64,000 bases of DNA from Parcubacteria group bacterium Gr01-1014_3. GTDB lineage: Bacteria; Patescibacteriota; Minisyncoccia; UBA6257; WO2-44-18. This document shows, one piece after another, positions 56,971 through 64,000 of this stretch. The notes beneath the pieces were generated by a model. The model was given only the letters and a program-made list of their open reading frames with translations, did not search any database and had not been told where the DNA came from. Location of the stretch: positions 252,203 to 316,202 of the forward strand of contig VMGF01000001.1 in the NCBI GenBank assembly GCA_007376445.1, read 5' to 3'. Position numbers and translations under genes: made by a program. The number at the start of each line of letters is the position of its first letter. Position 1 is the first letter of the stretch.

Positions 56971-57008
56971 GGGGTTCCTGTGCTATAATTTCGGCAAACA
57001 GAGGATAC

Positions 57009-57081
57009 GGGTGCGTAGCTCAGTGGTTAGAGCAGTCGTCTTATACACGACCGGTCCCTGGTTCGAATCCAGGCGCACCCA
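57009..57081 (+). tRNA. tRNA-Ile with unmodified-type anticodon TAT (UAU)
   Basis: Acceptor gggtgcg/cgcaccc, D-arm gctc-agtggttag-agc, anticodon stem gtcgt/acgac with loop cuTATac, and T-arm cctgg-ttcgaat-ccagg. It is preceded by an extended -10 motif TGcTATAAT. Confidence 0.7.
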
Positions 57082-57096
57082 CTCAAAAGATTTTTC

Positions 57097-59241
57097 ATGC
57101 TCAAACTCACCACGCAAATAGCTTTGATCCAGGGATTGCCTTCTAAGTTTGTTAGTAATCTCAAAAAACTGGATATTCTGACGATCAAAGACCTTCTGCT
57201 TCACTTTCCGACGCGATACGAGGATTTTTCCAGCGTGGTGAAGATTGCTGACTTGAAAGTAAACGAAGCGGCGACGATCAGCGGTTTCGTGAAGCGGATC
57301 GAATCCAGGCGTTCCTGGAGGAGAAAGATATTCGTGATCGAAGCCTCAATTATGGATGAAACGGGCAGTATCAAGGCGCTTTGGTTCAATCAGCCATACA
57401 TCGCAAAGGTTCTTCAGCCTGGCCGCAGGATAAATTTTGCCGGAAAAGTAACTGTGTCGGATGACGAACTTTGTTTATCCGGACCAACTTTTGAGTTTGT
57501 CGGCGCCGGAGAGGCTAAGCACACCGCCGGCCTAATCCCGATCTATCCAGAAACAAAAGGACTGACTTCAAAAGGTATCCGATACTTAATGAGAGCCGCG
57601 CTGACCAATCTAGAACCAGTCGCGGATTTTATTCCAAAAGCGATTTTGGCTGAGCACGCGCTTCCCGATGTCACCAAGTCTTTCCAGACGATCCATTTCC
57701 CGAAAAGCATGGAAGATGTTGAAATTGCCCGCCAACGCTTTGCCTTTGAAGATTTGTTTTTACTTCAACTAAATAACGCGAAGGCCAGATTGGATCTGGC
57801 CAAAGAAAAAGCGCCGTCACTTAAATTTACCGATGAAGATCTCACCGCGATCCTTAAAAATCTGCCGTTTGAACTGACCGCCTCCCAGCTTACCAGCGTC
57901 AAAGAAATTTTATCCGATCTATCTGGGACTAAACCGATGAACCGGTTGCTTCAAGGAGATGTTGGCTCAGGAAAGACAGTGGTCGCGGCAATCGCGGCGA
58001 TCGTGGCCGCCAAAAACGGGAAGCAGACCGCTCTTATGGCGCCGACCGAAGTATTAGCTCGCCAACACTACAAAACATTAACTTCGATCTTCGGAAAACA
58101 TGGAGTTGGTATCGGACTTTTGACCAGCGGAGAGGCAAGGTCGTTTTTCGGCGAGAACTTGGAGGCGAAAACCACCAAACCCAAGCTACTCAAAGATATC
58201 GAGAGCGGCAAGATCACCCTGGTAATTGGTACCCATGCCATTATTTCTACCGGCAAGGATCGGGTGCCGGTCGCGTTTAATGACTTAGCTCTCGCTATCG
58301 TGGACGAACAGCACCGCTTTGGCGTGGAGCAACGCGCCGCCCTGGTAAAACAAGAGAGGAATCCAGGCGATGAGACGACCATTCATTTCTTATCGATGAG
58401 CGCCACGCCGATCCCACGCACGCTTTCCCTCACACTTTTCGGCGATCTTGATTTATCGATCATCAACGAACTTCCGAAAGGAAGAAAAGAAATCATCACG
58501 AAAGTCGTGGCTCCAACCAATCGCGCTAAGGCCTATCAGTTCGTGCGCGAGCAGGTTTTGCAGGGCCGTCAGGTATTCGTGATCTGTCCGCGTATCGAAG
58601 CCGCGGTTGAGGAAGAGTCAGATGAAGCAAATCCAAAACTAAAACTTTGGTCAGATGTTAAAGCCGTGAAAGAAGAGTTCGAAAGGCTATCCACCAAAAT
58701 TTTCCCGGATTTGAAACTGGCGATGCTGCATGGAAAACTTAAAGCCGCGGAGAAATCCAAGATCATGGCGGATTTCATGGCCGGTCAAACCAATATTTTA
58801 GTATCGACTTCGGTGATCGAAGTCGGTGTGGATGTGCAGAACGCGAACATTATGATCATCGAAGGCGCGGATCGTTTCGGTCTTGCCCAGCTTTATCAGT
58901 TCCGCGGACGCGTGGGCCGGGGCGAACATCAATCATATTGCCTGCTTTTTACCGATTCTTCCTCCGATTCGACGAGTCAGCGCCTAAACGCTCTTTTGCG
59001 CGCCAAGAATGGCTTTGAGTTAGCGGAAGAAGATCTCAAGCTCCGTGGTCCGGGCCAGTTCATCGGGTCTAAACAAACCGGCATTCCGGATCTGGCGATG
59101 AAGGCCTTGAATAACATTGAACTTATTAAAATGGCCCGTACCTCCGCGGACATCATATTGAAAGAGGACGCCAGACTCACTAAATACGCGCCCCTTAGAG
59201 CGGTTCTAAAGGCATTCCAAAAGAAGATACATTTAGAATAA
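57097..59241 (+). CDS. recG: ATP-dependent DNA helicase RecG
   Basis: N-terminal wedge domain, helicase motif I (GDVGSGKT), DEQH box, and the motif VI region. Confidence 0.85.
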   Translation: MLKLTTQIALIQGLPSKFVSNLKKLDILTIKDLLLHFPTRYEDFSSVVKIADLKVNEAATISGFVKRIESRRSWRRKIFVIEASIMDETGSIKALWFNQPYIAKVLQPGRRINFAGKVTVSDDELCLSGPTFEFVGAGEAKHTAGLIPIYPETKGLTSKGIRYLMRAALTNLEPVADFIPKAILAEHALPDVTKSFQTIHFPKSMEDVEIARQRFAFEDLFLLQLNNAKARLDLAKEKAPSLKFTDEDLTAILKNLPFELTASQLTSVKEILSDLSGTKPMNRLLQGDVGSGKTVVAAIAAIVAAKNGKQTALMAPTEVLARQHYKTLTSIFGKHGVGIGLLTSGEARSFFGENLEAKTTKPKLLKDIESGKITLVIGTHAIISTGKDRVPVAFNDLALAIVDEQHRFGVEQRAALVKQERNPGDETTIHFLSMSATPIPRTLSLTLFGDLDLSIINELPKGRKEIITKVVAPTNRAKAYQFVREQVLQGRQVFVICPRIEAAVEEESDEANPKLKLWSDVKAVKEEFERLSTKIFPDLKLAMLHGKLKAAEKSKIMADFMAGQTNILVSTSVIEVGVDVQNANIMIIEGADRFGLAQLYQFRGRVGRGEHQSYCLLFTDSSSDSTSQRLNALLRAKNGFELAEEDLKLRGPGQFIGSKQTGIPDLAMKALNNIELIKMARTSADIILKEDARLTKYAPLRAVLKAFQKKIHLE

Positions 59242-59347
59242 ATAACGTGTTATAATGAGGCGCACTTTAACAAAGGCTAAACCTAATTCGCTATGTGGCG
59301 AATTAGGTCGCCCGATCAAATCAGGGATTTGATTTAGGGAGGTTCTA

Positions 59348-59926
59348 ATGAAAGCGCTTTTGATGGTTGATCCGCAGAATGATTTTTGCCCGGGTGGTTC
59401 TTTGCCGGTTAAGGACGGCGACCAGGTGATGGAGCCGTTAAACCGGATGATGGAATACGCCAAGAAAAATAACTGGGTTTTGGCCGCATCGCGCGACTGG
59501 CATCCGAAAAAGACCAATCATTTCGCCAAATATGGCGGAAAATGGGCGGTACATTGCGTGAAGAATACCAATGGCGCCAAATTTCATCCGGCGCTCAAGG
59601 TTACGAAAGACGTGATGGTTTTCTCCAAAGGTATGCTGAAGGACCAGGATGCTTACTCGGCTTTCCAGGGATATTCCAAGTTTGGTGAGACATTGGCGGA
59701 CTACCTGAAGTCTTATGGAGTTCAGGAGTTATATGTTGGCGGCCTAGCTACCGATTATTGCGTGAAGGAAAGCGTGATTTCGGCTATCAAAGAATGTTTC
59801 AAGGTTTATCTTCTTCTTGACGCGTGCCGGGCAGTAGATATCGAGCCGGGCGATGGTGATCGGGCGATTGAAGTAATGAAGCAAGTCGGCGCGATTCTGA
59901 CCACCACCAAAAAGGTGATGGCATGA
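59348..59926 (+). CDS. pncA: Nicotinamidase/pyrazinamidase (isochorismatase family)
   Basis: MVDPQNDF motif, a catalytic Cys in GLATDYCV, and it overlaps the downstream pncB by 4 nt. Confidence 0.8.
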   Translation: MKALLMVDPQNDFCPGGSLPVKDGDQVMEPLNRMMEYAKKNNWVLAASRDWHPKKTNHFAKYGGKWAVHCVKNTNGAKFHPALKVTKDVMVFSKGMLKDQDAYSAFQGYSKFGETLADYLKSYGVQELYVGGLATDYCVKESVISAIKECFKVYLLLDACRAVDIEPGDGDRAIEVMKQVGAILTTTKKVMA

Positions 59927-61164
59927 GCTACATCATCAACTCGCTTCTCGATACGGATTTCTATAAGTTCACGATGGGTCAGTTGGTTTTTAAGCATTTC
60001 CGGGATGTTCCCGTGCGGTATGCTTTCAAGAACCGGACGGCGAAGGTTCCGCTTGGTCGGATCATCAAAGAGGCCGATCTCCGGCGAGAGCTGGACCATG
60101 TGATGGAGTTACGCCTTGGCAACAGCGAATATCATTATCTGCTCGGAACGTATGAGTACAAAGAGCGGATGTTCCGAGAGGATTATCTCCAGTTTTTGAA
60201 GAATCTGGAACTTCAGCCTTATGAGCTTCGCTACGAAGGCGACGCGATTAAGCTTGAGTTTGCCGGTCCTTGGTCATCGGAAATTCAATGGGAGACCATG
60301 GCGCTTTCGATCATCAACGAACTTTACTATCGGGTGTACATGGAGCGGCTATCGGAGTTTGAGAGAGACGCTGTTCACGCGGAGGGCGTATTGCGGTTTA
60401 AGCGCAAAGTCGATGTTTTAAAGAAAAATCCGGGAATTGTGTTCACGGATTTCGGAACTCGGCGGCGCTTTAGCTTTGATCAGCAGGATTACGTGAACGG
60501 CGTGCTTGCGAAAGAGTTTCCAGCAACCCAGTTCCGCGGCACTTCCAATACTTATCTAGCAATGAAGCATGGTCTGACGCCGATGGGTACTTCGGCTCAC
60601 GAATTGTTCATGGTCATGGCCGGTATCAAACATAATAGCGACGAAAGTATCCGCCAATCGCACAACGAAGTTTTGCGTTATTGGTGGGAAGAGTACGGCT
60701 ACGGCCTTTCGATCGCGCTGACAGATACCTATGGAAGCGATTTCTTTTTCCTGGATATGACTGCCGAGCAGGCGCGTCAGTGGAAGGGTCTTCGGCAGGA
60801 TTCCGGCGACCCATTCGATTTCGGCGAAAAAGCGATTAAGTTTTACGAAAAGCACGGCATTGATCCGAAGAAGGATGAAAAGATAATCGTTTTCAGTGAC
60901 GGATTGGATATCGAGATGATCGAAAAACTTTATGAACGATTCCATGATCGGATCAAGGTCACGTTCGGCTGGGGCACCAACCTCACCAACGATCTTGGTT
61001 TCCCGGCGCTCTCACTTGTCGTCAAGGCGGTGGAGGCCAACGGCAATCGATTAGTGAAGCTGAGCGACAACCTCGCTAAGGCTACTGGCGACATGGACGA
61101 TATCGCGAGATTCAAATCCATCTTCGGATATTCCGGAGATAATTACGAAGAGTGCAAATACTAA
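59923..61164 (+). CDS. pncB: Nicotinate phosphoribosyltransferase
   Basis: N-terminal LDTDFYKFTM motif, a His in the GTSAHE motif, and NAPRTase length. Confidence 0.8.
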   Translation: MSYIINSLLDTDFYKFTMGQLVFKHFRDVPVRYAFKNRTAKVPLGRIIKEADLRRELDHVMELRLGNSEYHYLLGTYEYKERMFREDYLQFLKNLELQPYELRYEGDAIKLEFAGPWSSEIQWETMALSIINELYYRVYMERLSEFERDAVHAEGVLRFKRKVDVLKKNPGIVFTDFGTRRRFSFDQQDYVNGVLAKEFPATQFRGTSNTYLAMKHGLTPMGTSAHELFMVMAGIKHNSDESIRQSHNEVLRYWWEEYGYGLSIALTDTYGSDFFFLDMTAEQARQWKGLRQDSGDPFDFGEKAIKFYEKHGIDPKKDEKIIVFSDGLDIEMIEKLYERFHDRIKVTFGWGTNLTNDLGFPALSLVVKAVEANGNRLVKLSDNLAKATGDMDDIARFKSIFGYSGDNYEECKY

Positions 61165-61167
61165 AAC

Positions 61168-61214
61168 CAACCCCGCCCTTTCTGGGATTCAAAGAAAGAG
61201 CGGGGTTATTTTTA
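61168..61214. terminator. Bidirectional terminator (ccccgccctttct ... agaaagagcgggg), a paralog of the ftsH terminator
   Basis: Lies between pncB (+) and the DoxX gene (-). Confidence 0.6.
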
Positions 61215-61622
61215 TTAATAAATCGCTACCGGCCAGGAGTTGTCTAGGGCATAAACGCCTCCACCGATGCCAACGATGATGAGTAGGGCCGCGAGAATGG
61301 CGATGTCTAGTTCATATCCGCCAACCAACTTTTGGCCACGGCTCATTTTCCAGAGAGCGGCGACGATAATATCCACGGCTAGCAAGATAGCTATGAGTTG
61401 CGTGCCAACTCCAAGAATCAAAGCCAGACTACCGAAGAATTCCACATGAGCGACGATCGTACCCCAGAAAAAACCTGGCTTGAAACCCATCATGGAAAAA
61501 CTTTGCCAAGTCGCCGGCAAATTCCGCAGTTTTGGCCAGCCGTGAGCCAAAAATATCGCTCCGATGATCAATCGGGCAATCACTAAATAATAATCACTGA
61601 AACCTGAAAGTAATGTAATCAT
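61215..61622 (-). CDS. DoxX family membrane protein
   Basis: Four TM helices including the typical ARLIIGAIFLAHGWPK motif. Confidence 0.7.
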   Translation of the reverse strand: MITLLSGFSDYYLVIARLIIGAIFLAHGWPKLRNLPATWQSFSMMGFKPGFFWGTIVAHVEFFGSLALILGVGTQLIAILLAVDIIVAALWKMSRGQKLVGGYELDIAILAALLIIVGIGGGVYALDNSWPVAIY

Positions 61623-61684
61623 ACAAAAAGTATATCATATTAACTTTTGCCAAGCGCTAAATTTTATAGTATAATCGGGGAAAT

Positions 61685-61759
61685 GGCCTCATCGTCTAAC
61701 GGCTAGGACAGCCCCCTTTCACGGGGCAAATAGGGGTTCGATTCCCCTTGAGGCTACCA
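61685..61759 (+). tRNA. tRNA-Glu (anticodon TTC)
   Basis: Acceptor ggcctca/tgaggct with a G1-U pair, anticodon stem gcccc/ggggc with loop cuTTCac, T-arm agggg-ttcgatt-cccct, and an encoded CCA. Confidence 0.8.
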
Positions 61760-61768
61760 AAAGTTTTT

Positions 61769-62824
61769 ATGAAAATCTTATCTATCGAAACGAGTTGCGA
61801 TGAGACCTCGGTCGCTTTAGTTGAGGCGAAGGGCGGATTAAAATATCCGGAGTTTAAGGTTATCGAGAATATCGTCTCCTCGCAGATCGCCGTGCACCGG
61901 CCATTTGGCGGCGTGGTGCCTAATCTCGCCAAGCGGGAACACCTTAAGAATCTTCCTAAGATTCTACAAAAATTGAAAATTAAAAATTTAAAATTTAAAA
62001 TTGATGCCGTCGCGGTCACCGTTGGCCCCGGTCTCGAACCGGCGCTTTGGACCGGAATCGAATATGCCAAGCAGCTATCAAAGGATTTAAATAAGCCGCT
62101 TATCGGGGCGAATCATATGGAGGGCCACCTATATTCTAATTGGTTACCGCGTAAGATTGCCGCGCTTGCTTCTACGCGTAGAAGCGCTCGCAATGACGGA
62201 ATACGATTCCCAGCGATTGCGTTGGTGGTGAGCGGGGGACACACGATACTTTTGAAAATGGATTCGCTGACCAAGTGGAAAAACTTGGGCGAAACGCTTG
62301 ATGACGCGGCTGGAGAAGCTTTTGATAAAGTCGCGCGAATGTTGAAGTTGCCATATCCGGGCGGGCCAGAAATTCAAAAACTAGCCCTTCGACAGGCTCA
62401 GGGTAAACATCCGAAAGGCACGATCAAGTTCCCACGGCCGATGTTGCGAGACGATAATTATAAATTCAGCTTCTCTGGATTAAAAACCTCCGTGCTTTAT
62501 TATCTTCGCGATAATCCGAAAGCTAAAAAAGAAGATGTGGCGGCCTCATTCCAGCAGGCGGTTCTGGATGTGCTGGTTGGTAAAACCATGCGCGCGGCCA
62601 GAGCGTACCGCGCGAAATCGGTTTTGCTTTGCGGTGGCGTGTCGGCCAACGTGGCATTGCGGGAATCTTTGAAAGAATCAGCAGAAAAATATGGCATGAA
62701 ATTTTTTGTGCCGGAATTTGAATATAATACCGATAACGCGGCCATGATCGCCGCCGCGGCGTATATTCAGTATTTAAGAAAGAAGAAGTTAAAACTGGAA
62801 GCAAATTCAAATTTAAGTTTATAA
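61769..62824 (+). CDS. tsaD: tRNA N6-adenosine threonylcarbamoyltransferase TsaD
   Basis: Motifs LSIETSCDET and HRPFGGVVPNLA, plus a His-rich metal site (NHMEGH). The start is set at ATG 61769; the listed ORF start at 61748 overlaps tRNA-Glu. A linker region contains the (gaaaatt)-type repeat. Confidence 0.85.
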   Translation: MKILSIETSCDETSVALVEAKGGLKYPEFKVIENIVSSQIAVHRPFGGVVPNLAKREHLKNLPKILQKLKIKNLKFKIDAVAVTVGPGLEPALWTGIEYAKQLSKDLNKPLIGANHMEGHLYSNWLPRKIAALASTRRSARNDGIRFPAIALVVSGGHTILLKMDSLTKWKNLGETLDDAAGEAFDKVARMLKLPYPGGPEIQKLALRQAQGKHPKGTIKFPRPMLRDDNYKFSFSGLKTSVLYYLRDNPKAKKEDVAASFQQAVLDVLVGKTMRAARAYRAKSVLLCGGVSANVALRESLKESAEKYGMKFFVPEFEYNTDNAAMIAAAAYIQYLRKKKLKLEANSNLSL

Positions 62825-62871
62825 AAAAATCCAAGCGTGTTAGGCTCGGGTTAGCTTTTTGAGGGTAAAAA

Positions 62872-63147
62872 GTGGACAAAATAGTTCTCTGGAGCGCAGT
62901 AATCATCAACCTTCTTGTCATTAGTGTCGGGCTTGGATTGCAAGCTTATAAGAACTATCAGGCCAAGAGTACCCAGCACTTATCGTTGATTCTTTACACT
63001 CTAAGTTTTCTTGGATGGGTTTCTTGGTCCGCTTACGGATTTACAAAGCAAGATTGGTTTTTGCTTGGCGTACAAAGTCTTGGAGCCATGATGACTGCCG
63101 CGATACTTACGCAGTTCTTTATATATAGGAAGAAAAAGGCCCCCTAA
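62872..63147 (+). CDS. SemiSWEET / PQ-loop sugar transporter (three-TM, 91 aa)
   Basis: Three TM helices and the size typical of bacterial SemiSWEETs. Confidence 0.55.
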   Translation: MDKIVLWSAVIINLLVISVGLGLQAYKNYQAKSTQHLSLILYTLSFLGWVSWSAYGFTKQDWFLLGVQSLGAMMTAAILTQFFIYRKKKAP

Positions 63148-63190
63148 AGGGTCTTTTTATTTGGAAATTAACCGATATACTATATTCATA

Positions 63191-64000
63191 ATGACTATTG
63201 ATGGGGCATACGATCCAAAACAAACTGAGGATCGGATCTATAAAGCCTGGGAAGATGGCGGGTTTTTTAATCCGGATAATTTAAAGAAAGCTAAAAAACC
63301 ATATGCCGTTCATCTTCCCCCGCCGAATGTGACCGGATCGCTTCACATGGGCCACGCTCTCAACGCCACGATCACGGACATTTTAATCCGCTATCACCGG
63401 ATGAGGGGATATAAAACCGTCTGGTTTCCGGGCACGGACCACGCCGGCATCGCCACCCAGAACGTGGTTGAGAAAAATTTAAAAAAAGAGGGAATTTCCC
63501 GCTGGGATTTGGGCCGGGAAAAATTTATCGAGAAAGTCTGGGAGTGGAAAGAAAAATACGGCAACATCATCATTGAGCAGTTGAAAAAACTGGGCGCCTC
63601 CGCTGATTGGTCTCGTTTGCGGTTCACGATGGACGACAATTATGCCGAATGGGTCAAAAAAGCTTTTATGCACTATCACGAAAAAGGCTGGATTTATCGT
63701 GGGAAAAGAATCGTGAGCTGGTGTACGGCTTGCCAAACCTCGCTTTCGGACCTCGAAATTGAATACAAAGAAGAGAATGGGAAACTGTGGTATATAAAGT
63801 ACCCAATAGTGAAGGAGGCTAGAATTAATAGTCCCAGTCAAAGAGGGACATATGAAGTTCACGAAAAAGATTACATTGTGGTGGCGACGACGCGGCCGGA
63901 GACCCTGCTTGGAGACGCGGCAGTAGCCGTAAATCCGAAAGACGACCGGTATAAGAAGCTGGTTGGTAAAAAGGTAATGCTGCCGATCCAAAATCGGGAA
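63191..64000 (+). CDS. valS: Valyl-tRNA synthetase, N-terminal part (3' end outside window)
   Basis: Motif PPPNVTGSLHMGHALN (HIGH), and the frame is open to the window end. Confidence 0.85.
   Translation, partial: MTIDGAYDPKQTEDRIYKAWEDGGFFNPDNLKKAKKPYAVHLPPPNVTGSLHMGHALNATITDILIRYHRMRGYKTVWFPGTDHAGIATQNVVEKNLKKEGISRWDLGREKFIEKVWEWKEKYGNIIIEQLKKLGASADWSRLRFTMDDNYAEWVKKAFMHYHEKGWIYRGKRIVSWCTACQTSLSDLEIEYKEENGKLWYIKYPIVKEARINSPSQRGTYEVHEKDYIVVATTRPETLLGDAAVAVNPKDDRYKKLVGKKVMLPIQNRE

Noticed and set aside
1-64000. CRISPR arrays, rRNA genes, transposases, integrases and reverse transcriptases
   Set aside because: No regularly spaced 25-40-bp direct repeats, no rRNA-like conserved stretches, and no DDE/tyrosine-recombinase/RT motifs in any ORF.

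Overview
This 64-kb window reads as a low-GC (about 40-45% by eye), gene-dense bacterial segment. Its style resembles Patescibacteria/CPR-like genomes. The conserved backbone includes a yidC-jag pair, ksgA, a uvrD/pcrA-type helicase, glnA, serA, cca, nusA, a membrane H+-pyrophosphatase, tig-clpP, tyrS, an aspartokinase-homoserine dehydrogenase/asd/thrC threonine cluster, dut, tmk, ftsH, recG, pncA-pncB, tsaD and the start of valS. I also call eight tRNAs from the sequence. Coordinates 2.7-12.9 kb hold a minus-strand type-IV-secretion-like / pilus-like locus with a VirB4-like ATPase and a large VirB6-like polytopic membrane protein. Several accessory patches stand out. There are three visibly GC-rich islands (17.4-19.5 kb, 27.2-27.9 kb, 40.4-41.1 kb), each carrying a host-style AT-rich promoter. 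A tRNA-flanked island (31.9-35.9 kb) holds a small sigma factor, a free-standing LAGLIDADG endonuclease bracketed by GTGAAACA repeats and a 38-bp perfect palindrome, a YraN nuclease and an operator-like TTGCCGCATT array. A cluster of three CPBP/Abi-family proteases surrounds a ceramidase-like lipoprotein. The most unusual non-coding signals are these. First, a ~310-nt nested-helix leader whose outer helix sequesters the Shine-Dalgarno of ORF 41488, with a competing anti-anti-SD hairpin (riboswitch-like). Second, a ~130-nt GC-rich structured element present in two copies 26 kb apart with compensatory base changes. Third, dispersed 7-bp-period tandem repeats, (gaaaatt)n and (aagaatc)n, that occur in intergenic DNA and in-frame inside variable loops of housekeeping genes in both orientations. 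Fourth, a 20-bp perfect inverted repeat spanning the tyrS start. No rRNA, CRISPR array, reverse transcriptase or recognisable transposase was seen. All calls are from reading the sequence; no database searches were run.
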